A stretch of DNA of 63,878 nt, the filler included, from Chiloscyllium plagiosum (lineage: Eukaryota): the NCBI RefSeq assembly GCF_004010195.1. It is 5 parts of one record of this genome, joined end to end, with 100 filler letters (N's around TTAATTAATTAA, not from the genome) between each part and the next. Parts side by side here need not be neighbours in the genome. Positions count along the whole stretch, not along the records: positions 19,103 to 37,857 come from NC_057717.1; positions 37,958 to 43,653 come from NC_057717.1; positions 43,754 to 60,721 come from NC_057717.1; 2 more parts are not named here. The stretch is one strand, 5' to 3'. Each line of letters opens with the position of its first letter. Position 1 is the first letter of the stretch. Shown piece by piece: positions 35,670 to 49,454 of this stretch. The translations under genes and the position numbers were made by a program. The notes beneath the pieces were generated by a model. That model was not told the DNA's origin and did not search any database. It saw nothing but the letters and a program-made list of their open reading frames with translations.

Positions 35670-37857
35670 ATGGATAATTGGTGATAGTATAGTTAGAAGC
35701 ATAGATACCTTTCTCCGTGATCGGGATTAAGAGTTCTGAAGGTTGTGTTGTCGACATGGTGCTCGGGTTTGCGATATATATCTGGGTTGCGGAACTTGGA
35801 GCGGGAGGGGAATGATCCAGTGTTCAGGGTCCATGTAGGTACCAACGGCTGGACAAACAAATGACAAAGAGAAGAGCTTCGGGTAATACAGGACTGAACT
35901 ATTATATCGGAATACATGCAGTATAAGGAATAAGGTAAATGAGCTTGTGACTCATCCATAAATTGACAGGTACGACATAGTGGGCATTACAATGACATCG
36001 CTGCAAGAGGTTGAGGATTGGGAGCTGAATATTCAAGGATATTCATCTGTCGAAAAGATAAGCAAGTGGGCAGAGAGATAGAGTGGTCTCAGTATTAAGA
36101 ATGGAATTGAATCAATAATCAATAATAAGAAGTGAAATAAGGTCAGATGGGGTAGAATCTGTGCCGATAGAATTGAGGAATCAAAACGATGAAAAAATGC
36201 AGTTGGAGTTATATACAGGAAGCTGGGGTGTAAGATACACCAGGAGCTAGAACGATCTGCAGGGAAGTCAAAGTTACAGTGATCATGTCGGATTTTAATG
36301 TACAGATGGACTGGGAATTCAGATTGGAAGTGGTTGGCAGGAAAAGGAATTTGTGGAATGTCTACGAGATGGCTTTTTGGAGCAGCTTGTGCAGGCAGAC
36401 TAGATGAGTGGAGTTTAAGGTGACAGTGATCAGAATGTGATTGAATTTACTCCAAAATTTCAGGTGGAGAGGTTAGACTCAGAAGTAACGGTATTACAGT
36501 TGAATAAAGGTCATTGAAAAGACATGAGGAAGGAGCTGGGTAGAATTGACTGGGAGACGGGCCCAGCAGGAAGGACGGTGCAACAGCAATGGCAAGAGAT
36601 TTTTGTAGTAATTCAGGACACAGCAGAGATTTATTCTGAGAAAAAAGAGGCTTGTATAGGGAGGACCGGACAACCATAGCTGATTAGGGTAATCAGGTAT
36701 AGCATAAAAGCAAAAGAGAAATGATACAATGTGGCAAAGTGCAGTGGGAAACCTGAGGATTGGAAAGCTTACAAAGACAAAACAGAGGGCAAACAAAATA
36801 AAATAAGGAGGGAGATTATTAAATATGGGGGTAAGATAGCCAGTAATATAAAGGAAGACTGTAACAGTTTCTTTTGATATATAAAGTACAAAGAGTGGCA
36901 AAAATGAACATTGGACTGCTGGGAAATGATACTGGAGAGATAGCAGTGGGGAACGAGAAAATGGCCAAGAAACTGAATAATTACTTTGCATCAGCTTTCA
37001 TGGTGGAAGGCACGAGTAATACCATAAACATTCAAGAGATTGAGGGGCCAGAGCTGAGTATGATGGCCCCCACCATGGAGAACATGCTAGAAAAAATGTA
37101 ATGGCCCGAAGGTGGCTAAATAACCTTGACCAGATGGACTACATCCCAATATTATACGGGAGATAGCTGAAGAGGGAGTGGAGGCAATCGTGGTTATCTT
37201 TCAGGAATCACTAGAGTAAGGAACGATCCCACAGCACTGGAAACCTTCTAACCCTTTTCAACAAGGGAGTAAGGAAAAAGACAAAAAAAAAAACCCATCA
37301 TGATAAGGGTATGATAAGGGTCCGTGGTGTTACAGGCAAGGAGTGGCATGGATAGAAGCTTGTCTGTCTGGCAGAAAGCACAGAGTGGGGATAAATGTAC
37401 TTCTCAGGATGGCAGCCAGTGACAAGTGGTGACCCAGAATGCTCAGTGTTGGAATCATAACTTTTTACTTGTTACGTTAATGAATCTAGATAAGGGAATT
37501 GAGGGCACTCTGGTTAGATTTGCAGATGATAAAAAAAAGAGAGATGGTCAGGTCCTATTGAGGAAGCGGAGAGGCTGAACAAGGATTTAGACAGGGAAAG
37601 AGATCGTCAGATGCATTCCAACGTTGGAAAGTGTGAGGTCATGCACTTTAGCACGAAGAATAGAGGCACGGTCTATTTTCTAAATGGCGAGAAAATTCAG
37701 AAATCTGAAGTACAAAGGGACTTGTGAGTTCTAGTACAGGGTTCTCTCAAGATCAGCTTGCAGGTTGAGGCAGTAGTTAGGAGGACAATTGCAATTATGA
37801 TTGGGAGCATTTACTACGAGAAGAATTGAATATAAGAACTGACTGTATACGGCTCTG
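35670..37857 (+). mobile_element. decayed CR1 LINE (ORF1 remnant, EN, partial RT) ending at gap
   Basis: NIGLLGNDTGEI..MAKKLNNYFASAFMVE; EN-like and FADD motifs. Confidence 0.8.
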
Positions 37858-37957
37858 NNNNNNNNNNNNNNNNNNNNNNNNNNNNNNNNNNNNNNNNNNN
37901 NTTAATTAATTAANNNNNNNNNNNNNNNNNNNNNNNNNNNNNNNNNNNNNNNNNNNN

Positions 37958-40900
37958 AACCTATCCATATAGTTTTAAAATCTCTTGCATCATCATTCCG
38001 AAGTAATTTCCCACCGATGTTAGTGTCATCTGAAAATGTGGCATTATATTTTCTCTCCCGTCAACCGAGTACAGTAATACCATCGATTGCAAATGCTTGA
38101 GGCATGAGTACTGAAATCAATGGCACAAACTGCATTTGCCAAAAGAAAATGACACATTTAATCCACCTGACTACATTTTGTTGGATAACCAAACCTCCAT
38201 CCAAGATAATAAATTACTCCTAGACCCATGTTGTCTGATCTTACCACTTACTCTTTGGAGAAGCGACATACCTGATGCCTTCACGAAGACCAGATATGTT
38301 CCATCTCCAGGATTCCCACGATCCATATTGTTTGTGACATCTTCAATTAACTCAAGCAAACAATTCAAACACAATTTCGCCTTCGTAAAACCATGTTGAC
38401 TCTGACGAATTGTGGTTTGAGTTTGCACATGTCCCGAACAATGGAGTCTAAAAATTTGCCTTAAATTACAATAGTTTATTGTTACACTTTAGTCCCTGAT
38501 GTACAACATTATTACAAGTTCTTCCCTTTCGAAAGCCTTGACGTTTTCTTTGAATTCCTATTTAATGGGCACAAGGCTTTCAGAGATCTGCTCCAATTGC
38601 TGATTAAGAGCCATGTGTGGCTGAATGGACTCATCATCCTGCTGGTGTACAAACTCGATGGGCTGACGACTTTCTGGTGTTCCCATGTTGCCACCTCCAA
38701 GGCCAGAATGACATCTTCCTGTTGATGCTTTAGAGGATTGGGAGATTATGGAATATTCCTCTTGCTGTGTAATATTTTAAGGGACTGATGGGTCTTCTCA
38801 TACTTCTCCATAACAGCTGGATATGCTGAACGGTCTCCTCATGTAACCCAGAGATGGGACCGAGGGATTGATTGGTCTTCTCTTGTTCCCATACAACAGA
38901 CACGTGTCTAAATTACCTCTTCATTTCTCATGAAAGAAGTCTCAGATAGTTTTTATCCTTATCCAATTCACTTGCAATAGGCTCGTTTGGTCTGAATGGC
39001 CTCCTTTTATCCCAGTGTAACAATCTCCAGTCACTGTGTGACCTCTTCCAGTTCCTATGTTACATATTTAAGAAGGCTGAATGGACTGATCCTGTTGCTG
39101 TTTAACAGGATACTGGCGCAGCATGGCCTACTCTGGGTCAGTGTTATAGGCCCAAGTGGCTGATTGGCCTCCTTCTGTAAATGTATATCAAGCTCCAGGG
39201 GCTGAATAGCCTCATCCTGTTCTGCTGTAACAGGGTGGAAGGCCTGAATATCCTCCTGTTGTTCCTGTGTAACACACTGGAGAACGGAATGGATTCCTCA
39301 CTATCTGTGTCATTCACTTCACTTGTTAACTCCTTCTGTCATCTATGTTCAAATAAGTTCATCTTTGATTTTTGTAAACTCCAATGGCTACGGGGTCAAC
39401 CTGATCATCCTTTCGTTATAAGCTAGCACCTTCATTGCAGGAAACAGTTGAGGGAACCATCTCTGAGCTGCTTCCAATATAACAACATCTTATCTTCATA
39501 GAAGAGGCTAAATCTGTACACATTACTCCAGATGTGATCTCTCTGTATCGTAGCATCAACAGTTTACCAGCCTGCTGTAAAGTTCCGTCCCAGGTTATAG
39601 CAGTCTCTGGTCTCTGGGAGAATATACAGCATTGTTGAAAGATCATTGTCCTTCTCTACACCATCAGCATAACGGGAGATCTGGAGAAATTAAAGTTTGA
39701 GAATATCATAAATGATGTGGCGTGATGATCTCTACCATTAATCTCCCCAGAGCCCACGTTGCTCAGATTCCAAAGAATCTAGTAAGGTGGAGCGCAAAAA
39801 CAGCAAGGAGGAGCAAACATTGATGGGGGTTATATATCAAAGTGAACGCTACAATACAAATGCTGGACATGTTATAAAACAGGAAATGAGATATACACAT
39901 TTGTGAGTACTGCAGAATGTACTGCTTAAATTATATCTAAACTGTGTTAACCCAATTGATTGCTAATGCTGGGAAAAATGCATTTCATGGCCACGTGTGA
40001 GATGGTTTACATAAACATTATGTCGAGCACTGAGCTCGAGAATCAGGTTATTTAGGGATTGGTATTGGGTGATCAGAAGAGCTAATTGACAATTTTGCTG
40101 GAAAGGACCTTTTGGGAACAGTGACCACAATGTATTGGATTTCTTTAATGCTGTTTGAATACACGACAGTTTTTGTTTCATTTGAAGTAACCGTTATAAA
40201 TCTGAGTCATGCAAGCCCTGAAGGTGTGAGGAGAAAGTGTGGACTACAAATGCTGGAGATCAGAGCCGAAGAGTGTGGTGCTGGAAAATCACAGTCAGGC
40301 AGCATACTAAGAGTAGATAAATCGATGATTCGGGCATAAGCCCTTCATCAGGAATGAAGCTTATGGGCCAAGCGTCTGAGAGATAATTATGAGAAGGGGG
40401 TGTGGGCGGAGGGAGGTAGCTGAGATTGCGATAGGTAGATGAAGGTGGGGTTGAAAGTGATAGGTGACAAAGGGAGACAGAACGCCTTATCTCCTGCATC
40501 CATTAAACCCAATGTGGTCTTCTCTACATTGGCGAGGCAGGAGGGCAACTTGTGGATCATTTCAGAGAACATCTCTGGGACAGCCACAATGAACAAATCC
40601 ATCACCTTGTGGCTGAGCACTTTAACTCCCCTTCCCACTCTGCCAAGGACATGAGGGCCCTGGGCCTGATCCATCACCAAACCCGAGCCACCAGAAGCCT
40701 GGAGGACGAAAGCCTCCTCTTCTGCCTTGGGACCCTCCAACCACAGGGGATCATAGTGGATTTCCCCATTTCCCCATTTTCCCTAATCCCACCTTATCTC
40801 GCTCCAACCTTCCAAGTCAGCACCGCCCTTTTGAACGGTCCTATGTGTCCACCTTCCTTGCTATCAAGCTGGTCCACCCTGCTCTCCGACTATCACTTTC

Positions 40901-42654
40901 AAACCCACCTTCAGCTACCTATCAGATGAACGGAGGCAACTTAGAAAAATGCCAAGTGTTGCAGCAAGCCAGTGGATTCAGTGAAATGTAGGACCCAGCA
41001 AAGGATGAGCAAGAAGCTGAGAAGAAAATCAAAAAGAGAAAAGGCGTGCAAACGAAAGAAAAACATAAATACTGCGAAAAAGCGTCTACTAATGTATGAA
41101 AAAAAAATAAAAACAAGGTCAAATGTGGAATAGTTAGTGTGCGTTCCGGATAATTAACTGCAGAGAACAGAGAAATCGCAGGGAAAAGAAACAGTTTTTC
41201 GCGTCTATCTTCATGGAAGAATGTCCAGAAATTATTCCAGATATATCAAGTGACCATGGGACTTGTGTAAGTAAAGTCTAAGTTCATTCTTATCAGTGTT
41301 GAGGTTAACTTTGGCAAAAAAAACTGGATTGAGTATTTATAAGTCTGGCAGACGAGATGTACTTCATACAAGAATTTCAGAGGAAGCAGCAATAGAGATA
41401 TTGATTGCATCGCGGATTTTCACTTTATTTTCCGACACATTCCCGAAAAGCATTTAGCCAATCTGGATAAGGCAAAGTTTATAAATATTATCCAACAGTT
41501 TAAGAAAGAATGAATTTGAAGAATGGTGAACTACGGACCAGTTATCTTGTCATCCACAGTCATGTATCTGTTGGACTCGATTACAAAGAACATGCTACTA
41601 GATATTTAGATGGTAATAACATAACTGAGGAGTGTGAGAATATACCGATGAAAGGAAAACCAGAAGTGGCAACCTTTTTTTGGGAATGGTTTGAAGATCA
41701 TTCTTGTGGACATAGGCAATGAAGAACCAATTGATAACTTATAGTTGGATATTCATGAGCTTTTTTTTTTCAAAGAACTCACACAGTAAGCTCGTAAGAA
41801 AAGTTAAAGCGAGAGGTATTGGGAAGAACATATGCAAATGGGAAAGTAAAAATTAGGTTTATATTCATGTGAATGTAATTTGAATATAGAGGATGTCGTG
41901 CACCAGTTGCATCGAGTGTTCATGAGACTAAATTTAGAGTATTGTATCGTTCGGAGTCCCAATCTAACAAAGAATATACTGCGTGCAGAGGAGCTTCAAA
42001 ATGTATTATCAAGATTGATCCCTAAAATGGCAAGATTGTCTGATGTGGAAACTCAGCCTGTGATCTCAAGTTTCAAAACATAAGAGTTAATTGCAGTGAA
42101 ACTTAGAATCATAGAGGGGACTGAAGAACAGTGGGACATGGAGAAGTACAAGTAGGCGAGATCAGGAAGAATCCCACGATATTCTACACGGACAAACAGA
42201 ACAGAATAATCAGCAAACAGTTAGTGTCCGTTAGAAACCAAAGGGGCAATCTGTGTGTCAAGATGGAGAACATTGATGGATTGTTACATGAGACCTTCAC
42301 ATCTATTTTACTTGGGAGAAGGAGGAGGCAGGTACAGAAATCAAAAAGGTGGACTGTGACTCTTGAACAGATGGATGTAACAGAACAGATGGTTTTGTTC
42401 TGTATAAATTTGGACCAATCTCCATGTCTGAATGAGTTGTATCACAGGCTGATACAACTCATTCAGACATGAATCAAGGGAGGAAAGCCCCTGAATGAAT
42501 ATTTTAATTCGAATCTGACCATGGGGAGGTGCCAGAGAACTGGAGCACTGCTAATACTATTCCACTTCACAGTAAGGATGGGAGAGATAGACCAGGTAAT
42601 TATAGACGAGCGAGTATTAGATCCTGTTCAGGAAACTACTGGAGAAAATAGGGA
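37958..42654. repeat. left arm of ~4.5 kb inverted segmental duplication (partner 52656-57113)
   Basis: collinear reverse-complement match throughout; paired ORFs such as 38171/56643, 39416/55452, 41510/53581. Confidence 0.92.
40228..40922. mobile_element. Penelope-like element with inverted terminal piece (paralog ~54380-54866)
   Basis: HFREHLWD..VAEHFNSPSHS..RSLEDESLLFCLGTLQPQG; inverted repeat 40431-40463 versus 40890-40922. Confidence 0.8.
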
Positions 42655-44110
42655 AAGAGAAAATCGAACTCCAATCAAAGTCGTAAGGTGTGAACTGGGA
42701 TAATCATCATGACTTTATCAGGAGGAAGTCACATCCAATGCGTTCGATTGAATTAGTTTGAGGAGATTATTTTTTAGGAAGCCCTTTGACATATTTCCAC
42801 CTGGGAAACCGAAAAATAAAGTAAAATCTCACAATATGAAGCAAAACTTGACAAGTTACAACGAAAATTGTCTTAGTGGTAGGAGGCAGAGGTAGGTGAG
42901 AGAAGGCTGTTTGTGTGACTGGAGACCAGTGTCCCATGGTGTACCACAGGGATCAGTGCTGTGTCCCTTACTGTTTGTGTTATTCATAAAAAAATATATA
43001 GATGTGAACGTGGAGGGGGCTAGGTGGAGATTGGGGGAGGTGTGATAAATAAGTATTTTTAACATAAAGATTCGCTGGGTGGTTAGCAGTGAAGAGGAAG
43101 GCCTGAAGTTACAGGAAGATGCAGATGGAATGGCCAGATGGGCAGATGAACGGTAGATAGAATGTAACCCTGATAAATATGAGGTGATGCAATATTTATG
43201 AGGAGAAGGAACCAGGCGGGGAGGACTCAATGAATGGCAGCACACTGGGAACCTCAGAGTCTGCTTCTCCACACATCCCTGAATGTGGCTGAACAGGTTA
43301 ATGGACTAGTTAAGAATTGGACCTTGGGTGTAGCGTTTCCTAATCAGGGTGTAGATTATAAGAGTAATACAGGGCTTTGGTTCGGCCAAAATGGAGTGCA
43401 TAGAACATAGAACATAGCAGAATACCGCGCAGTACAGGCCCTTTGGCCCTCGATGTTGCGCCGATCCAAGCCCACCTCACCTACACTAGCCCACTATCCT
43501 CCATATGCCTATCCAATGCCCGCTTAAATGCCCATAAAGAGGGAGAGTCCACCACTGCTACTAAGGATATCCCTACTCCCCCACGACTCGCTGAGTAAAG
43601 AACCTACCCCTAACATCTGTCCTATACCTACCCCCCCCTTAATTTAAAGCTATNNNNNNNNNNNNNNNNNNNNNNNNNNNNNNNNNNNNNNNNNNNNTTA
43701 ATTAATTAANNNNNNNNNNNNNNNNNNNNNNNNNNNNNNNNNNNNNNNNNNNNGCTCGGGTTGTTTAGTTTGGAGCAGAGGAGGCTGAGGGGGATGTGAT
43801 TCAGAAGGACAGGATGATGAGGGGCATGGAGAGGGTGGATAGACAGCAGCTATTCCTTTTAGTCAGACGGCCAAGAACAAGGGAGCCCACTTTAAAAGTG
43901 AAGGGTTTGAGGTTTAGTGAGGATTTAAAGATAGTTTTCTTTCACCCAGAAGGTGTTGGGATCCGGAATTTAATTCCTGAGAGGAGAGTTATCACGGGTA
44001 TCCTCACGGCCATTAAAAAGTGCTTGGACAAGCAATTGGAAGTGTATATTCATAATATTCCAGGCTATGGGCCTGGTGTAGGAAAGTGGGACTACTGTGG
44101 ATCGTGCTGT
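42130..44110 (+). mobile_element. old CR1 LINE RT region with a young minus-strand CR1 3' end (43398-43653) nested in it
   Basis: gactggagaccagtgtcccatggtgtaccacagggatcagtgct (W.PV..GVPQGSV); the nested copy starts with a (catagaa)n tail. Confidence 0.75.
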
Positions 44111-44769
44111 ATTTCTGACAGTACATAATACATAGTCATGTGAGTGTATGGCTGTGCAAGGACAGTCATTGAACAGCGTAAGGCAGGAATTGATGGATTT
44201 CTGAAGAATATATTCACAAGAGTTATAAGAATGAACTGTAATAGTTTGTCAAATTATGCCAATGTGAGAAATATGAGAAAACAATTGCAGCTTCCTTACA
44301 ATCTGAATCCAGAGAATGGAGAATGGGGAACAGGGAAATGGCAGAACTATGAAGACACTACCTCAGCTCTGTCTTCACAGAACGTTCTATCAATACTAGG
44401 AAAACGAAGTCATGTGTGGAAAATGATATAGTACATGGAACATAGAACATAGTAAGTACATGGTTTTGAAGAAAATGTTGGGAGTGAAAGTAATGGTCAC
44501 AGACAACACTAACATAGATTTATGAAATGGGAATTATGTTTGAGAAGCAGACTGGGAGACAAATGAAACAGAAGCAATGGATGTAAAACATTTGCATTTT
44601 TAGAAAAAACATTCGTAAAGCTCCAAGCCCAATTTACAAAAAACTAAATCTTAGTGGATCGGTGTGAAAATATGGCCATGTTTCTAGAATTGGACAGCTG
44701 GCAGGAAACAGTGAATATAAATAAACAGCCTGACATTATTTGAAAGGTACGATTCTGTGAGTATGACCA

Positions 44770-46480
44770 TGAACCAGCCACCGCATCAACTTCCCCAGAT
44801 CTCTCCTATCTCACCAGTCGGACAGACAAAGCAGAAGTAGCGGCACAGTGGGATACAGTTGGAAGGGGATTGCTCTGGGAGTCCTCAACAGTGACTCTAT
44901 ATCCCATGAAGTCTCATGGCCTTAGTTTACACATGGGAAAGGAAACCTCCTGCTGATTACCATGTACCAGCCTCTCTCAACTGATGATTCAGTACTCCTC
45001 CATGCTGAACAACACTTGGAGGAAGCACTGAGGGTGGAAAGGGCGCAAAATGTACTCTGTGTGGGGGATTGCAATGTCCACCACCAAGAGTAGCTCTGCA
45101 GCAGCATTACTGATTGGGTTGGTCGGGTCCTAAAAGATATAACTGCTCAACTGGGTCTACGGCAGGTGGTGAAGGAACCAACATGAGGAAAATACATACT
45201 TGACCACAGCCTTGCTAATCTGTCAGTTGCAGAAGTATCTGTCCATGACAGTATCGGTAAGAGTGACCACGCATAGTCATTGTGGAGACAAAGTCCCACC
45301 TTCTCATTGAGAATAACCTCCATCATTTTGGGTGGTACTATCACCGTGCTAAATGGGACAGACTTCAAGCAGATCTAGCAGCTCAAGTCTGGGTTTCCAT
45401 AAGCTGCTGTGGGTCAGCAATAGCAGCAGAATTGCACTCCAGCACGACCTCATGACCTGGCATATCCCCCTCACAACAATTACCATCAAGCCAGAGGATC
45501 AACCTTGGATCACTGGAGTGTGTAGGAGGGCAGGATCAGCACCAAGCATAACTGAAAGTGTGGTGTCAGCCTGGTGAAGCCACCAACCAGGAAAACGTGT
45601 GTGCGAAACAGCATAAGCAGTAAGTGATAGACAGAGCTTGGTGATCCCACAAGCAACGGTTCAGATCTCTGCTGTCCTTCCACTTCGAGTTGAGAATAGT
45701 TGTGGACAATTAGACAAGTTATTGGAGGATATAATTCCACAAATATCCCCATCCTTAATGATGGAAGAGCCCAGTACTTCAGTGTATAAGATAAGGCTAA
45801 TGAATTCGCAACAATCTTCAGTCAGAAGTGCTGAGTGGATGATCCATCTCGGCCTCCTCCAGTTGTCCTCAGCAATTCAGCTACCCCAGTCATCAGCCAA
45901 TTTGATTCAGTCCATGTGATATCCAGATTCAGTTGGAGACACTGGATACTCCAAAGGGTACATACCCTGACAACATTCTGGGTTCCCATGACACTTAGGA
46001 AGATGGTCATGATTGATAAAGGTCAGTCAACGCAGCTCCAGGACAAGTCTGTAGGAGTCCCTCGGGCAGTGGTCTAGGCCCAAACATCTTTGAGGCTGCT
46101 TCACCAATGACCTTCCCGCCATTTTAGGGTCAGAAGTGGGATGTTCGCCAATGATTGCACAATGCTCAGCAACATTTGTGCCTCCTCAGATACTGAAGCA
46201 ATCCATGTCCAAATGCGACAAGATCTAGACAGTATCCAGGCTAACAAGTGGCAAGTAATATTCAGGCCACACAAATGCCAGGCCGTGACCATCTCCACTA
46301 AAATACAATCGAACCACTGCTTCTTGGCGTTCAATGGTGTTACCATCACTGAATCCACAGTGGACTGCAGCGGTTCAACAAGGCAGCTCACCACCCAACT
46401 CTCAAGAGGCAACCAGGGACAGGCAATAAATGCTGGTCCAGCCAGTCACACCCAGATTCACGATTTTTTAAAAAGAATTA
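44770..46480 (+). mobile_element. decayed LINE of the CR1/L2 group (APE endonuclease plus partial RT)
   Basis: LLITMYQP..VLLHAEQHLEEALRVERAQNVLCVGDCNVHHQE; MFANDCT..QDLDSIQANKWQVIFRPHKCQ. Confidence 0.75.
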
Positions 46481-46919
46481 ACAGTGGAAGGTTGCTTAGA
46501 CATCATAGTGATCGGTACTCAGGACCCAGCTGTTCACGATAGCCATTAAACTTTGGTTCCTGGAATCAAATACAATATATCATAACCTGCTGACAGAACT
46601 AAAGGATGTTGGATTGTGAGTAGGTGAAGAGGTTGTAAAAAGCTTCAAGGTGACTGAGACAAGTGGAGTGAATGCGCAAATATTTTGCAGGTGAAGAACA
46701 AGGTGTGTAGAGGTGACGGTGTGCCCTTCGTTGGGAACAATAGACTGGAAGCATATAGTTTGAAAAGGGATTGTTTGGAACATGTTGATCTACAAAGGGA
46801 CGCATGCACCTTGTTGTTGTTTTCTTCTGCGCAGCCCTCCAAGGTCCCTGCAGCGCAGTGAGGTCTGAACCCACAAGGCAATACTGGGAATGGAATTGGC
46901 ACGCTGACCAGTGTACATA

Positions 46920-47820
46920 GACCCTCCAAGTGGGTAGCTGTAACATTGCAAAGGATCATTGCAAAGTGTCATTTCCAGAACAGCACCATCTCCACATGGG
47001 GACCTATCGGAAACCACAATGAACAGATTATTTCTGTGCTGCTTGACAGTTCCGTCAAAAATAACTCCCACCAATTTGACTGTCGTGATGGAACTGAAGG
47101 GGTGGTGAATGGTCAAATTGTAGTTACTCTTCTCTTAGGGATTGGATATAGTTGAGTAATTTTCCACATTGCCAGAGAGATGTCAGAGTTGGTGCTGGAA
47201 TGAAACCGCTTCCCCAGGGACACGGCTTGTTGTGCAACACAAGTCTTCAGTCCTATTGCAGGAATGAGGTCAGGGCCCATTGCCCTTATCGTATCTACGG
47301 TGTTCAGCTGTTTCTTCATGTCACGTGCAGCAAATAAAATTGGTTGAAGACTGGCAAAACTGATTCTGTGGGCATCATGGCGAGGGTGAGGTGGATCATC
47401 AGTTCCACACTTCTGGCTGAGGATGGTGCAGATATGACATCCTGGTCTTTCCCACTGATGTGCAGGGCTGTTCGATTATTAAGGATGGCGATATTTGTGG
47501 GGCCCTTTCCTCCAGTCATTTGTTTAATCGTCCATCACCATTTATAACTGAATGTATCAGGACAGCGGAGCTTTGATCACATCTGTTGGTCAATGCGGTA
47601 ACTTTAATGCGTTAGAATCAGGGTTAGGTTCACATGGTTCTGACCCTAACATGTTTACCCACACTCGTCACTGAGCCATAGATTATGTTGATGGTAATGG
47701 CACACTGAGGAGATTATTCCGGGCAAAATGTTACAGGTTGTGGTTGAATGCAGGTCTGCTTCTCCTGCTGCTGTAGTCTACAGCACTACATAAAAACGTA
47801 GTTTTGAGCTGCAATATCTG
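46920..47820 (-). mobile_element. opposite-orientation fragment of the same LINE family
   Basis: KKQLNTVDTIRAMGPDLIPAIGLKTC..MWKITQLYPIPK; inverted similarity to 45640-45980. Confidence 0.7.
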
Positions 47821-49074
47821 CAATGCAATTCTGCTGTCTGTCCCTTAGTTCACATCGAGACCCATTCACCCATCTGCCCTGCATTCAGTGACCTACTCTG
47901 GTTTCTGATGTGGAGATACTTCCATTTTCATATTCTCATTCTGCAGAGGGTCGGTCCCCGGGTCATGCTTCCAATCTGACACATTCTACAAAACCAATTA
48001 ACAGATTTTAATTCAACTTTTTAATTCATCTGAATCTTTTTCTTCCTTGAGAAATGCCATCTTCTATGTTTAAAGTGAATGTGTTTCCCTCTGTTCCTCT
48101 CCCTGACCATGATTAAGAGCTCTGTCGTGTCAGTGATGCCAGCCTTGTGTAGTTTCAGAGCCAATGAATTCTCTGTATTCCTAATCATCTTCACCACATT
48201 GTATTTTACTCTTTTGGTTTGATGCCTTATCACTCATGGCTGCCTTGTCCTCCCATGAGTATACTTCATCTTCTTTGGGATGAATTTCTGATATCCTCCG
48301 AAATATCCACAGAAACTCATGCCTCTGCTGCTCCATTGTCTCTCTGCTCGGCTCCCCTGCCGATTAACTCTGGTCAGCTCCTCCCGCATGTATTTGTAGT
48401 TACCTTGCTCAATTATAATCACATTACATCGAGAAGTGAGCAATAGATATAAAGCGAAAGGAGTTTTGAGAGAAGGGAAGCGAAGAATAATATGTAGATT
48501 TCTTAACTAGCAGCAAAGAGAGAAAGAGAGAGGATATATATGAGGAAATGTGCAAAATGAGAAAACCAGATCATCGAAAGAAGGAGATGAACATCCCCCA
48601 ATGTTTTGGCAATTCCTGTGTGCTGTGGTCCTTTGTACAGTGCATGTACAACAGAGTAATACGTTGAACTGCTGGGTCTAATGCCAGGTAATTTATCTCC
48701 AATAATGTGACAGACACTAGCTTTGGAAAGAACCTAGCGGGCCAATATATTTAATTCCCCGTAGAAAGGGGATGAACTGAAATAAGTTGGGGCACTAGAA
48801 TCAAGAATTTGGAGCACACATCCTGGTAAGAATGAGAGATTAGAGTAGAGAATTACAGAAAAGGAGGGGAGGTTGAGAGGATCAAATCATGTTTTAATGT
48901 TTTATCAATGTTATACATCATATGCATCATTTTTCGTTAACCGTGCCTCTATTGTTCATTTACAATGAGTTGTGCACATGTAAAAAATGCTACTTATCTA
49001 CACACACACATTGATTAAATAGTGTATGCAAAATCACTTTTCCACCATTGAAATAGTCCTGTTGTCATGTTACG

Positions 49075-49450
49075 GGGATACATGAACACCTACTGGCTAC
49101 CAAAAGACATGACCCACTATCACTATGTTCCATACATAGAGATAAAGAAGGGCACCACTTTGATTGGGACAAAGCACACACACACATGCTAAGGCACGCA
49201 AGGACCTTCTTAGAGGAAAGGCATTCGTACCAGAAGCCCATCAATAAACGCATCAATTTATATCCTGTCTACATTCGCTTGTTAAAATAATCGGAGTAGA
49301 CATCACCCACTTTCAGAAACCAGGACCTATAAATATAGAGGCGGGACATACCACCAGATTTCAGCGGAGACTCTCATTGATGATGCCACCTAGTCATGCT
49401 GACGAAACTTCTGAAAACAAACCTTCAAGCTCAGCGAGTTAACTTGCATA
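49075..49450 (+). mobile_element. Penelope-like element 3' end (second family) with degenerate hammerhead
   Basis: HEHLLATKRHDPLS..HRDKEGHHFDWD..ARTFLE..INKRI; TTGATGA-tgccacctagtcatgctgac-GAAAC at 49377-49408. Confidence 0.7.
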
Positions 49451-49454
49451 CATA

